NCBI GenBank assembly: GCA_052246995.1
Contig: JBQPWD010000002.1
Coordinates: forward strand, 160,001-224,000
Direction of reading: 5' to 3'
Source of the DNA: Candidatus Bathyarchaeota archaeon
GTDB taxonomy: Archaea; Thermoproteota; Bathyarchaeia; Hecatellales; Hecatellaceae
Length of the DNA: 64,000 bases
A program made the position numbers and the translations under genes. The notes beneath the pieces were generated by a model. That model saw only the letters and a program-made list of their open reading frames with translations. It did no database searches and was not told where the DNA came from. Each line of letters opens with the position of its first letter. Within the stretch, counting starts at the first letter, position 1. Positions 50,758 to 60,894 of the stretch are shown here, one piece after another.

Positions 50758-51243
50758 CTAGTATAGATTGGTTCTTAGTAAACGAGTTACCGGCAAGTTT
50801 AAAGCTAAAGCTGAGAAAAAATACCAAAGCCAAAACGTTATGTTTGTGCCATCTATTGTACCGTAGGGTATGGGGATTGGGGAGTATGCTACCACATGAT
50901 TTCCAAAAAAACTATAAAGCAACCAAAATAAAATCAGGAACGGAAGCATTGTTAAAAGGGAAACTTTTGATTGTTGACCCATAACACTACTAGATTGTCT
51001 CATAAGTCTAACCTGATCTCTTTGAAGCTTTGCTAAAGCCTTTTTATCTCCTCTTTTTCTAGCTTCGCTTAAACGCTTCCTAAGAATATCCATCTCCTCC
51101 CTAACCCTTCTAACCTCATCCAAATTAACAAATTTACGCTGAATGTAGGATGTTAACAATGCTAGCGTTAAAGCTAAACCTATAGTGAAAAATGTTGAGT
51201 AAGGTATTAACGTTAAAATGTTATCAGTCAAATAAACCACCAA
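50758..51243 (-). CDS. DUF106 / EMC3-TMCO1 (Oxa1 superfamily) membrane protein
   Basis: TM, coiled coil, TM, then the WLWYF motif; conserved position upstream of cmk-L14e. Confidence 0.85.
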   Translation of the reverse strand: MVVYLTDNILTLIPYSTFFTIGLALTLALLTSYIQRKFVNLDEVRRVREEMDILRKRLSEARKRGDKKALAKLQRDQVRLMRQSSSVMGQQSKVSLLTMLPFLILFWLLYSFFGNHVVAYSPIPIPYGTIDGTNITFWLWYFFSALALNLPVTRLLRTNLY

Positions 51244-51381
51244 AATTTAATGATAGTCTAAGGTTATAGAAGAAATCCTCATTTTGGTTAAATAAACATT
51301 TAGGGCTTAAATCAAATATAAAACTTTAAATTAAACCTAATAATTGTTTTTGAATTAAAGCAACCAGTCAAGGGTTAAAAG

Positions 51382-51807
51382 ATGCCTGGAGAATTTAGTG
51401 CAAGAAAACTTAAGCTTAGAAGAAAAAAGTTTAGGTGGAGTGACCAAAATTATAAGAGAAAGATACTTAAACTGGATATTAAGGCAGATCCTCTTGAAGG
51501 CGCACCAATGGCTAGAGGGATTGTCCTTGAAAAAGTTGGTATAGAAAGCCGACAGCCAAACAGTGCTATAAGAAAATGTGTAAGAGTTCAGCTAATAAAA
51601 AATGGCAAAGTTGTTACCGCATTTCTACCAGGAGATGGTGCCTTAAATTTTGTTGATGAGCATGATGAAGTCTTAATTTGCGGTATAGGTGGACCTGAAG
51701 GTAAAGCTTATGGGGATCTTCCAGGAGTAAGATATCAAGTTATTGCAGTAAATGGTGTGTCGTTAAAAGAGTTAATGTTAGGTAAAAAACAGAAGCCTGC
51801 AAGGTAA
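51382..51807 (+). CDS. rps12: 30S ribosomal protein S12
   Basis: [29 protein letters not shown]. Confidence 0.98.
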   Translation: MPGEFSARKLKLRRKKFRWSDQNYKRKILKLDIKADPLEGAPMARGIVLEKVGIESRQPNSAIRKCVRVQLIKNGKVVTAFLPGDGALNFVDEHDEVLICGIGGPEGKAYGDLPGVRYQVIAVNGVSLKELMLGKKQKPAR

Positions 51808-51845
51808 CTAGCTTAAAATTTGTTAAACCTAGTAGTTTCACGTTT

Positions 51846-52433
51846 TTACCTTGAAGCCAAGGCAATTCTTTCCTGTTCGTCTCTTTTCTGGATAGCGTGG
51901 CTTTTACTATCTCTTTGAGCTGCAAGGATTATTTCATCAGCTAAGCATTCATCTATTGTTTTAGTGCTTCCCCAGGCAGCTTTTCTTGCACCGTTGGTAA
52001 TAAATCTTAAGGCCAAATCAACCCTTCTTTGAGGTGAAACGTCAACAGCAACATGGTAAACTATCCCACCATAACTTATTCTTGTTGTATCTTCACATGG
52101 AGCAGCGTTCTCTATAGCTTTAACAAGAACTTGAATAGGGTTTTCACCTGTTCTAAGATGGATAATTTCAAAGGCATTTTTAACAATTTGAATAGCTCTA
52201 GCTTTTTTACCGCCATTCTTTCCTGGGCGCATAAGATTGTTTACAAGCCTTTCAACAATGTTAACCTCGGATTTTTTAAAGCGTTGGTATTCATGCCTAC
52301 CTCCAGAATGAGGTATAAAAACTGGTTTAAGAGAAATATATCTAGCTAATCCTAAATCCTCTACTTTAACCTCTTCAAAATCCCATTTACCAAACAACTT
52401 TATCTTAGACGGAACAATTTCTTTTTTACTCAT
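51846..52433 (-). CDS. rps7: 30S ribosomal protein S7 (inverted)
   Basis: [32 protein letters not shown]. Confidence 0.98.
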   Translation of the reverse strand: MSKKEIVPSKIKLFGKWDFEEVKVEDLGLARYISLKPVFIPHSGGRHEYQRFKKSEVNIVERLVNNLMRPGKNGGKKARAIQIVKNAFEIIHLRTGENPIQVLVKAIENAAPCEDTTRISYGGIVYHVAVDVSPQRRVDLALRFITNGARKAAWGSTKTIDECLADEIILAAQRDSKSHAIQKRDEQERIALASR

Positions 52434-52641
52434 TCCTAACCCACAATAATCCTTAAGGCTTTAAGAATTTTATCATAGCGGTGGTTTATTAAGGTTTATA
52501 TACCTAGAAAAGGCTTCTATTTCTCTCTCATAAGAGAAAAACTTTATATTTGGAAAACCAATTCATACATGAGTACATCCAACCAGTATTGTTTAGAGGA
52601 GGCATATCTACCTTAAAAAGTTAAATGGGGGTAAATGAAAG

Positions 52642-53940
52642 GTGTCTGAAAAACCACATCTTAACCTAGTTGTAGTTGGACATGTGGACCACGGTAAATC
52701 AACTTGTATGGGACACTTGCTCTTCCTACTGGGATATGTTGATGAACGTACGATTAAAGAGTATGCTGAGGCTTCTGAAAAGTTTGGCGCTGGAGACACA
52801 TTTAAGTTTGCATGGGTTATGGATAGGCTTAAAGAGGAACGTGAAAGAGGAGTAACAATAGATTTATCCTACTGGAAGTTTGAAACAAATAAACACTCAT
52901 TCACAATCATTGATGCACCAGGACATAGAGACTTCATTAAAAACATGATTACAGGGGCAAGTCAAGCTGACTGTGCACTACTAGTAGCTTCTGCACGTAA
53001 AGGAGAGTTTGAAGCAGGTATTGAAGCTGGAGGACAAACAAGAGAACACGCATTCCTCCTAAGAACATTGGGAGTAAACCAGCTTGTTGTAGCCATAAAT
53101 AAAATGGATGATGCATCAGTAAACTGGAGTCAAGCACGATATGAGGAATGTAAAAAACAATTAGAGTATCTTTTAAGAACCGTCGGGTTTAATGTTGCAA
53201 AGATAGCATTTGTACCTATTTCAGCATGGACGGGAGACAACCTTGTTAAACGTAGTGAAAAAATGCCATGGTATAAGGGGCCTACTATTGTTGAAGCTTT
53301 TGATACTTTTGAAATCCCACCAAAGCCACTAGATAAGCCTTTAAGAGTGCCAATTCAAGATGTTTATTCCATTACTGGTGTTGGAACAGTTCCTGTTGGA
53401 AGGGTTGAAACTGGTGTGCTTAAAGAGGGGGATAAGGTAGTTTTTGTTCCAGCTGGGAAGGAGGGTGAAGTCAAAAGTATAGAAATGCATCATGCAAGAA
53501 TTCCTAAAGCAATTCCTGGAGATAACATAGGCTTTAACGTGAGAGGTATAACAAAAAAAGACATTAAAAGGGGAGACGTTTGTGCTCATCCAACAAATCC
53601 ACCAAAAGCTGTAAAAGAATTTATAGGGCAAATTATTGTTGTCTACCATCCAACCTCAATCGCTCAAGGATATACCCCTGTTTTACATGCACACACAGCC
53701 CAAGTTGCATGTAAATTTGCAGAGCTTATCCAAAAGATCAATCCAAGAACAGGAGAAGTTATTGAGGACCATCCTTCATTCCTTAAAACTGGTGATAGTG
53801 CCCTTGTTAGACTTCAACCGGTAAGACCCATAGCTATCGAAACCTACGCTGAAATTCCTCAGCTTGGAAGGTTTGCCATAAGAGACATGGGTACAACAAT
53901 AGCTGCAGGTGTTGTTAAAGAGATAACCCAAACAGCTTAA
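52642..53940 (+). CDS. tuf: Translation elongation factor EF-1alpha
   Basis: [38 protein letters not shown]. Confidence 0.98.
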   Translation: MSEKPHLNLVVVGHVDHGKSTCMGHLLFLLGYVDERTIKEYAEASEKFGAGDTFKFAWVMDRLKEERERGVTIDLSYWKFETNKHSFTIIDAPGHRDFIKNMITGASQADCALLVASARKGEFEAGIEAGGQTREHAFLLRTLGVNQLVVAINKMDDASVNWSQARYEECKKQLEYLLRTVGFNVAKIAFVPISAWTGDNLVKRSEKMPWYKGPTIVEAFDTFEIPPKPLDKPLRVPIQDVYSITGVGTVPVGRVETGVLKEGDKVVFVPAGKEGEVKSIEMHHARIPKAIPGDNIGFNVRGITKKDIKRGDVCAHPTNPPKAVKEFIGQIIVVYHPTSIAQGYTPVLHAHTAQVACKFAELIQKINPRTGEVIEDHPSFLKTGDSALVRLQPVRPIAIETYAEIPQLGRFAIRDMGTTIAAGVVKEITQTA

Positions 53941-53951
53941 GTGAAGCTAAA

Positions 53952-54260
53952 TTGGTTCAAAAAGCACGCATACGTTTAACAAGCATAGACTATAAAAAGC
54001 TTGACGAGATCTGTAAAGAGATAAAAGATATAGCTGAAAAGCTTGGGACAAAAGTTTCAGGCCCGATACCTTTACCCACAAGAAAAATACATGCTCCAAC
54101 AAGAAAAAGCCCATGTGGTGAAGGAACTCATACTTGGGACCGCTGGGAGCTAAGGGTTCATAAGCGTTTAATAGAGGTTGATGCAAACGAAAGATTAATG
54201 CGTAGAATTATGCGTGTAAGAATACCTGATGATGTTTTCATAGAAGTTAGCTTAGCATAG
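53952..54260 (+). CDS. rps10: 30S ribosomal protein S10
   Basis: GPIPLPT, RKSPCGEG, RVHKRLI. Confidence 0.98.
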   Translation: MVQKARIRLTSIDYKKLDEICKEIKDIAEKLGTKVSGPIPLPTRKIHAPTRKSPCGEGTHTWDRWELRVHKRLIEVDANERLMRRIMRVRIPDDVFIEVSLA

Positions 54261-54620
54261 TGTAAGCTCTGATTACATGAAACCAAAAAGCTTTAAGCTT
54301 TTTTAAATTTAAACTTCTAAAACCCTTTTTGCTATTGCTTTACCTAATCATTACTTATTGTTAAACTTTCACCAAAAATGTAAGTTCCAACAACCTTCTA
54401 AGAGTAAGTGTTGTGTTTAAAAAAACCTGGTTCTTCAAGTATTGTTATAAGTCCTTTTAAGAGTACATTTTTTTAGCTTCCCTACAGTTTACTCTGAGAA
54501 TCATTTCATGTGATTAAAAATCAGCATCACAAAAAACTATGTTTAAACCCTATCAACTAAAACCTTTTTTAGGTTATGTTAACAACCTAAAGATTAGTTA
54601 AAGTTTTTCGGTGTAGGGTT

Positions 54621-55154
54621 ATGGTTAAAATTGAGGAGGGGCTTGTTCAAGTTTATACAGGTAACGGTAAAGGAAAGACAACTGCCTCTTTAGGTCAGGC
54701 TTTAAGAGCCATCGGTCATGGCTTGAAGGTTTACATGATTCAGTTTATGAAGGGTTGGAAGGGATATGGTGAGCTTGAAGCTGCTAAAAAACTTTACCCC
54801 AACCTTGTTATAGAACAGTTCGGCAGACCTGGACATATAAGTAAGGATAAGCCTGAGAAAATTGACTTTGAAAATGCTAAAAAAGCCCTTTTAAAAGCTA
54901 AAGAACTCATGTTTAGTGGAGAATGGGATATTCTCATCTTAGATGAAATAAATCTTGCACTGGATTTTGGACTTATAAAGTTGGATGAAGTTTTAGATTT
55001 AATAAAAAGTAAACCAAAAAATGTTGAGCTTATTCTTACCGGTAGAAATGCTCCAAAAGAAATTGTTGAGGCTGCAGATTTAGTTTCTGAAGTTGTTGAA
55101 GTTAAACATCCATACCAAAAAAACGTTAAAGCGAGAATGGGAATAGAATATTGA
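54621..55154 (+). CDS. cobO: Cob(I)alamin adenosyltransferase (CobA/CobO/BtuR type)
   Basis: YTGNGKGKTTA, IQFMKG, LDEIN, TGR, KHPY. Confidence 0.94.
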   Translation: MVKIEEGLVQVYTGNGKGKTTASLGQALRAIGHGLKVYMIQFMKGWKGYGELEAAKKLYPNLVIEQFGRPGHISKDKPEKIDFENAKKALLKAKELMFSGEWDILILDEINLALDFGLIKLDEVLDLIKSKPKNVELILTGRNAPKEIVEAADLVSEVVEVKHPYQKNVKARMGIEY

Positions 55155-55314
55155 GTAGCGGAATTTTTAACTTTCAACTGAAGATTTTAAAAGAGTTTTT
55201 ATAGAATTAACGTTTTTTAAGGTAGAAACACGAAAAACTTTTTAGCCTTAATTAATATTGTTAGGTAGTGGTAAAAGAAATCGTAATTTTGACTTGGTAA
55301 AAGGTGTGAAAAAC

Positions 55315-55749
55315 TTGAGTTTAGAGCTTCAACAAAGAAAAATTAGGGTTTTGATTGCTAAGCCTGGTCTTGATGGACATGATCGTGGAGCTAAAGTTAT
55401 TGCAAGAGGTTTAAGAGATGCTGGAATGGAAGTCATCTATACTGGCATAAGACAGACACCTGAACAAATAGTGCAAACAGCTATCCAAGAAGATGTTGAA
55501 GTTATAGGGTTAAGCATTCTCTCAGGAGCACATGATGTGCTAATTCCGCAAATTATAGAGAAAATGAAGGAAAATAAGCTTGAACCAGGTAAAAACGTAC
55601 TACTACTTGTTGGAGGAATAGTTCCTAAAGAGGATGTTGAAAAACTGAAGAAAGTGGGAGTTAACGAGGTTTTTGGCCCAGGAACACCAACCACAGAAAT
55701 AGCAAAATATATAGAGGAAAATGTTAAAAAATTGAGGAAGGAGGTTTAG
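55315..55749 (+). CDS. Methylmalonyl-CoA mutase, B12-binding small subunit
   Basis: GLDGHDRG (DxHxxG), SILSGAH, GG, FGPGT; TTG after AGGTG. Confidence 0.94.
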   Translation: MSLELQQRKIRVLIAKPGLDGHDRGAKVIARGLRDAGMEVIYTGIRQTPEQIVQTAIQEDVEVIGLSILSGAHDVLIPQIIEKMKENKLEPGKNVLLLVGGIVPKEDVEKLKKVGVNEVFGPGTPTTEIAKYIEENVKKLRKEV

Positions 55750-55754
55750 CCTGT

Positions 55755-57410
55755 ATGGTTGATTATGAAAAAATTGCTGAAGAAATTAAAAAATGGGAGG
55801 CTAAAAACGCCAAGGATATCCGAGAGGCGGGAGAGTATATCAACCGTTCAGGTATTCCAATTAAGCTTCTTTATACACCTGTAGACGTTAGACACGTAGA
55901 TTACTTAAACAGCATCGGTTTTCCTAGCGAATATCCATTTACAAGGGGAATTTATCCTACAATGTACCGTGGAAGGCTGTGGACTATAAGACAGTATGCT
56001 GGTTTTGGAACAGCAGAGGACACTAATAAGAGGTATAAGTACCTGATTAGTCAAGGTCAAACTGGTTTAAGTGTGGCTTTTCATCTTCCAACACAATGTG
56101 GTTATGATTCTGACCATCCAATGGCTTATGCTGAGGTTGGCAAGGTTGGCGTTGCAATTGACAGTTTAAAGGATATGGAAATACTGTTTGAGGGAATAGA
56201 TCTTGAAAAAATAACAACCTCAATGACTATTAATTCAACATGTCCACAAGTTTTAGCAATGTACTTCTGTGTTGCTGCTATGCAGAATGTTCCAAATGAT
56301 AAGGTAGGCGGAACCGTTCAAAATGACATTCTTAAGGAGTATGTTGCAAGAGGAACATACATTTATCCACCTGAACCTTCAATGCGGCTTGTTGGAGATG
56401 TTATTGAGTGGTGTTACCAAAATGCTCCAAGATTTAACTCTATAAGCATTAGTGGATACCATATGAGAGAGGCAGGATGTACGGCAGTACAGGAGGTTGC
56501 ATTTACACTTGCAAACGGTATAGCATACGTTGAACATGTTGCTAAAAGAGGAATATCAGTGGATAAGTTTGCACCAAGATTATCATTCTTCTTTGCAGCA
56601 CAAAGAGACTTTTTTGAGGAGGTAGCTAAGTTTAGAGCTGCAAGAAGACTTTGGGCTAAAATTATGAAGGAAAGATTTGGGGCTAAGGATCCACGTTCAA
56701 TGCTTCTAAGATTTCATGTTCAAACTGCAGGAGTTACTCTTACAGCACAACAGCCATATGTTAATCTTATGAGAAACACGATTGAAGCTTTAGCTGCTGT
56801 TCTTGGTGGAACTCAATCTCTACATGTTAACTCTTTTGATGAGGCTTATGCTGTTCCAACAGAGTTTGCAGTTACACTTTCAGTTAGAACTCAACAGGTT
56901 ATAGCCTATGAAAGTAAAGTTACTGCAACCGTAGATCCATTAGCGGGATCATACTATGTTGAATGGTTAACCGAGCAAATCGAAGAAAAAGCTATGGAAT
57001 ACATACATAAAATTGATGATATGGGTGGTGCCTCAGCAGCAATAGAAAAAGGCTTTTATCAAAGAGAAATTGCAGATTCCGCATATAAGTACCAGAGGGA
57101 TGTTGAAAGCAAAAAAGAAGTTATTATAGGTGTAAATGAGTTTGTTACAGAAGAAGAATTACCAATTACAATATTAAAAGTTGACCCTGAGGTTAGAAAA
57201 AGACAGATTGAAAGGTTAACCAAGGTTAGGAGAGAAAGGGATAAAAGAAAAGTTGAAGAATCTTTAAGCAAGCTACGTAGAACCGCTGAGAGGGGAGAAA
57301 ATATTATGCCAGCTGTTTTTGAGGCAGTTAAGAGTTATGCAACAATAGGTGAAACTTCAGATGTGCTCCGAGAAGTTTTTGGGGAATATAAAGCGTCAAC
57401 AATAATTTAA
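55755..57410 (+). CDS. Methylmalonyl-CoA mutase, large (substrate-binding) subunit
   Basis: [14 protein letters not shown] (Tyr, MCM type), [29 protein letters not shown]. Confidence 0.94.
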   Translation: MVDYEKIAEEIKKWEAKNAKDIREAGEYINRSGIPIKLLYTPVDVRHVDYLNSIGFPSEYPFTRGIYPTMYRGRLWTIRQYAGFGTAEDTNKRYKYLISQGQTGLSVAFHLPTQCGYDSDHPMAYAEVGKVGVAIDSLKDMEILFEGIDLEKITTSMTINSTCPQVLAMYFCVAAMQNVPNDKVGGTVQNDILKEYVARGTYIYPPEPSMRLVGDVIEWCYQNAPRFNSISISGYHMREAGCTAVQEVAFTLANGIAYVEHVAKRGISVDKFAPRLSFFFAAQRDFFEEVAKFRAARRLWAKIMKERFGAKDPRSMLLRFHVQTAGVTLTAQQPYVNLMRNTIEALAAVLGGTQSLHVNSFDEAYAVPTEFAVTLSVRTQQVIAYESKVTATVDPLAGSYYVEWLTEQIEEKAMEYIHKIDDMGGASAAIEKGFYQREIADSAYKYQRDVESKKEVIIGVNEFVTEEELPITILKVDPEVRKRQIERLTKVRRERDKRKVEESLSKLRRTAERGENIMPAVFEAVKSYATIGETSDVLREVFGEYKASTII

Positions 57411-57420
57411 GAATAGGAGT

Positions 57421-57840
57421 GTGATGTTTTTGATTAAAAAGGTTAGTCATATAGGTATTGCTGTAAAAAGTATTGATGAAGCATTAAAACTTTACAGGGA
57501 TATTTTAGGTTTAAGCGTTGAGGGATACGAGGTTGTTGAGGAGCAAAAGGTAAGAATAGCGTTTATCACGGTTGGTGAAACAAGAATTGAACTTTTAGAA
57601 TCAACAGATCCGAATGGACCTATTGCAAAGTTTATTGAAAATAGAGGTGAGGGAATTCAACATATAGCTTTACAAACAGACAACATTGAAGCTGAGCTTG
57701 CAAGACTTAAGGAGAAAGGGTTAAGGCTTATAGATGAAAAACCACGTAAAGGTGCTCATAAAGCCAAAATAGCGTTTGTGCATCCTAAAAGTACGTATGG
57801 AGTTTTACTGGAAATATGCGAAGAAGAGAAAAAAGATTAA
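57421..57840 (+). CDS. mce: Methylmalonyl-CoA epimerase
   Basis: HIGIAV, EQKV, IELLE, GIQHIA, FVHPK..GVLLE. Confidence 0.94.
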   Translation: MMFLIKKVSHIGIAVKSIDEALKLYRDILGLSVEGYEVVEEQKVRIAFITVGETRIELLESTDPNGPIAKFIENRGEGIQHIALQTDNIEAELARLKEKGLRLIDEKPRKGAHKAKIAFVHPKSTYGVLLEICEEEKKD

Positions 57841-57885
57841 AACCGTTAAAACATAAAACACCATTTTTTTATTTTTAAATAAAAA

Positions 57886-58389
57886 CTAGTAAACTGAAAC
57901 TTTCTCAACACCTTTAATTTTTAAGAATTCTGGTATAAGTTCACCAGGAATCTTTTTTTCAGCTATTATCACAAGTTTAGGTTCTGGCGAAAGTTCAGGG
58001 TCATCTACTAAAGCCTGTCTGATGCTTATATTCTTCTCAGCTAAAATTTTAGCTGAGTTTGCAAGTATCCCTGGAATTTTTGCGCTTGTAGGGGTTATTT
58101 CAACAACTCCAAGGTTTAAGTGTTTTGCAACGTCCTTTAATGAATGCCCAGCAGACCTTAAATGTTTGAATATTACGCTTAATTCCGGATCTGCCTCAAT
58201 AAACCTTATTGTTTGTGTTACTGTTCTTCTATCAACTTTTGCAGTTCGAGCAACCTCGGAAACCGGAATTTCAATCATGTTACAGTATATTTTTCCTTCT
58301 CTAATGCTTAACCCATTTTCTACTAGAACTTTTGCAACATTAAGACGTTCAGGGTACTCCTTTAATTTTTCATATACTTTTTGCCACAT
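57886..58389 (-). CDS. trpY: TrpY-like tryptophan-responsive regulator (HTH plus ACT)
   Basis: MW...YP.R..VA, GKIYC..IEI, AR..VDRRTV, PGILA, ISIRQA..DPEL, V..VSVY match Methanothermobacter TrpY as recalled; divergent from trpB2. Confidence 0.85.
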   Translation of the reverse strand: MWQKVYEKLKEYPERLNVAKVLVENGLSIREGKIYCNMIEIPVSEVARTAKVDRRTVTQTIRFIEADPELSVIFKHLRSAGHSLKDVAKHLNLGVVEITPTSAKIPGILANSAKILAEKNISIRQALVDDPELSPEPKLVIIAEKKIPGELIPEFLKIKGVEKVSVY

Positions 58390-58390
58390 A

Positions 58391-58466
58391 TGTTCTTAGA
58401 TGTTAAGAAAGGTATATAAGCATGTTGTTTTGACTAATATAGTTCAGAAATGAACATATGTGTACA
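58391..58466. promoter_or_regulatory. Divergent trpY/trpB2 promoter with phased TRP boxes
   Basis: AGTTCA-N4-TGAACA-N4-TGTACA (58441-58466), weaker boxes at 58391, 58401 and 58411, and a central TATATAAG at 58413-58420. Confidence 0.75.
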
Positions 58467-58480
58467 TTGAGGTGAAAAAA

Positions 58481-59872
58481 TTGGCTTTAAAACGAGTAAC
58501 AAACCTACCAGTGGAAGAAATGCCCAACAAATGGTACAACATTCTCCCAGACCTACCTAAGCCACTACCCCCACCAATCGACCCAGAAACTAGAGCACCA
58601 GTAAAACCTGAAAAGCTTGAGGCAATCTTTCCTAAAGAGCTTATACATCAAGAGTTAAGCCAAGATAGATGGATTCCTATACCTGAGGAAGTCCAAGAAG
58701 TTTATCAAATTTGGAGACCGACACCTCTTTACAGGGCTTTAAGACTTGAAAAGGCATTAAAAACACCTGCAAAAATTTACTATAAGTATGAGGGTGTAAG
58801 TCCACCTGGAAGTCATAAGCCAAACACTGCTGTTGCTCAAGCCTACTTCAATATGAAAGAGGGTGTTGAAAGATTAACAACAGAAACTGGTGCAGGTCAG
58901 TGGGGTTCAGCGTTAGCTTTTGGTTGTACAATGTTTGGAATGAAAGCTACAATTTACATGGTTAAGGTTAGCTACCACCAAAAACCATATAGAAGACTTC
59001 TTATGCAGGCTTGGGGTGCTGATGTTACTCCAAGTCCAAGTAGTAGAACAAAATTTGGGAAAAGCCTTTTAGAGAAGGACCCAGATAACCCTGGAAGTTT
59101 AGGCATAGCTATCAGTGAAGCAATAGAGGATGCGATAACAAGCGAAAAAACAAAGTATTCGCTTGGAAGCGTGTTAAACCATGTACTTTTACATCAAACA
59201 GTTATGGGTTTAGAAGCTAAAAAGCAGTTTGAAGTTGTTGATGACTATCCCGACATCATCTTTGGTTGCGTTGGAGGTGGTAGTAGTTTTTCAGGTTTAT
59301 TTTTCCCATTCTATTATGACAAGGTTTCAGGTAAAGCACCTAAAAATACTGAGTTTGTTGCTGTTGAACCTACAGCATGTCCAACGTTAACAAAAGGTGT
59401 CTACACATATGACCATGGAGACACCGCAAGAATGACTCCTCTACTTAAAATGTACACACTTGGACATACCTTTATTCCGCCACCTATCCACGCTGGAGGT
59501 TTGAGATATCATGGTGACTCTCCAATCCTATGTCTTCTAGTTAACCTAGGAGAGGTTAAAGCATTAGCCTACAATCAGGTTGAAGTTTTTGAAGCTGCAA
59601 AAATTTTTACTGAAACAGAGGGGATACTTCCAGCACCTGAAACTGCGCATGGGATTAAGGCTGTTGTTGATGAGGCGTTAAAATGCAAAAAAAGTGGAGA
59701 AAAGAAAACTATTCTTCTTCAATTCTCAGGTCACGGATACTTTGATATGAAAGCGTATGGAGATTTCTTTGAAGGAAAGCTTCAACCATGTGAGTGTCCG
59801 AAGGATGAGATAGAAAAAAATATAAAAATGCTTATGGATGTGTATCCATGGGCTAGAAACCTACCATATTAA
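58481..59872 (+). CDS. trpB2: Tryptophan synthase beta chain, type 2
   Basis: [47 protein letters not shown]; TTG after GAGGTGA. Confidence 0.95.
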   Translation: MALKRVTNLPVEEMPNKWYNILPDLPKPLPPPIDPETRAPVKPEKLEAIFPKELIHQELSQDRWIPIPEEVQEVYQIWRPTPLYRALRLEKALKTPAKIYYKYEGVSPPGSHKPNTAVAQAYFNMKEGVERLTTETGAGQWGSALAFGCTMFGMKATIYMVKVSYHQKPYRRLLMQAWGADVTPSPSSRTKFGKSLLEKDPDNPGSLGIAISEAIEDAITSEKTKYSLGSVLNHVLLHQTVMGLEAKKQFEVVDDYPDIIFGCVGGGSSFSGLFFPFYYDKVSGKAPKNTEFVAVEPTACPTLTKGVYTYDHGDTARMTPLLKMYTLGHTFIPPPIHAGGLRYHGDSPILCLLVNLGEVKALAYNQVEVFEAAKIFTETEGILPAPETAHGIKAVVDEALKCKKSGEKKTILLQFSGHGYFDMKAYGDFFEGKLQPCECPKDEIEKNIKMLMDVYPWARNLPY

Positions 59873-60102
59873 GTTATGTTATTCCCCTTTTCCCCTTTTT
59901 CCCGGTTAAAACGTGTTTTTAATTCTTCAAATTTTTTAGTTAACTGGTTGAATGTTGGAAGATTTAGCGGAATTAACGCCAAAAACCCGTAAACACTTTC
60001 TATATAAACAAATTCATCATTACCAATTACATGCCGAAGCTCTTTAGGTATAGTTATTCTCCAACGATATCTATCCCTTTCAACCTTAACAAACTTACCC
60101 AG
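59869..60102 (-). CDS. AbrB/MazE/SpoVT-like small DNA-binding protein (77 aa, inferred CTG start; not in the ORF track)
   Basis: [46 protein letters not shown]...; GGTGG 4 nt before CTG; stop shares TTAA with the trpB2 stop. Confidence 0.65.
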   Translation of the reverse strand: MGKFVKVERDRYRWRITIPKELRHVIGNDEFVYIESVYGFLALIPLNLPTFNQLTKKFEELKTRFNREKGEKGNNIT

Positions 60103-60216
60103 AAAACCACCAGAACAGGTTTAAGCATAGGAACTTAATTAGTTCTTTTATTAACCGTTGTTAAGAAAAAACAAAAATTAATAAAAGGTAGTAAAGAAAA
60201 ATAAAGTGGTTGCAAC

Positions 60217-60855
60217 TTGGGTGTCAACGTTAAAGAGTTAAAAAGTAAGATTAGATTTGAAATTTGGGAAAAACTTGAAAGATTTAATGTTGCACGTTAC
60301 CCTTTACCGTTAGAAGGTAGAATTCCAAATTTTGATGGTTCTGACAAGGCTGCTATGCTTGTTAGAAAACTTAATGTTTGGAAAAACGCTAAGGTTGTTT
60401 TTTCAAATCCTGACTATGCTCAAAAAAAGGTTAGAGAGTTTGCTTTAAAGGATGGGAAAAGTCTTATTACGGCTACTCCCGAACTTAAGCATGGGTTTCT
60501 TCTAGTCAAACCTGAAGATGTTAAGGGTCTTGAGGATAAAGCGTCAACAATAAGAGGCCTGTTCACTTATGGTTTGACCATTAACTTGGAGAATATGCCT
60601 AAGCCAGACTTGATAGTTACTGGTTGTGTTGCTGTGGATGAAGAAGGATTTAGGCTTGGAAAAGGTGGAGGTTATGGAGATAGGGAGATAGGCATTATAC
60701 ATGAAAAATTTGGATATGTTCCTGTTATTACAACTGTGCATGAACTTCAAATTGTAAAAAAGCTTCCAAGAGAAAAACATGATACTAAGGTAGATTTCAT
60801 AGTTACACCATCAAAAATCTATGATGTAAACAATAAAAGCTGGTTAACATATTAG
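60217..60855 (+). CDS. 5-formyltetrahydrofolate cyclo-ligase paralog (COG0212/MTHFSD-like)
   Basis: GRIPNF, NPDYAQ, TPEL, GCVAV, RLGKGGGYGDRE, TTVHELQ. Confidence 0.88.
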   Translation: MGVNVKELKSKIRFEIWEKLERFNVARYPLPLEGRIPNFDGSDKAAMLVRKLNVWKNAKVVFSNPDYAQKKVREFALKDGKSLITATPELKHGFLLVKPEDVKGLEDKASTIRGLFTYGLTINLENMPKPDLIVTGCVAVDEEGFRLGKGGGYGDREIGIIHEKFGYVPVITTVHELQIVKKLPREKHDTKVDFIVTPSKIYDVNNKSWLTY

Positions 60856-60894
60856 TATAACATTAAAGAGCTTTTTAGGGTTGACTGAGAAACT

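Noticed and set aside
54261-54620. Long leader before cobO as a cobalamin riboswitch; inverted repeat TTTAGGTT-N8-AACCTAAA at 54568-54591
   Set aside because: Very AT-rich with no B12-box signature; the repeat is too short and low-complexity to call.
58460-58480. Track start of trpB2 at GTG 58460
   Set aside because: It overlaps the TGTACA box; GAGGTGA points to TTG at 58481.
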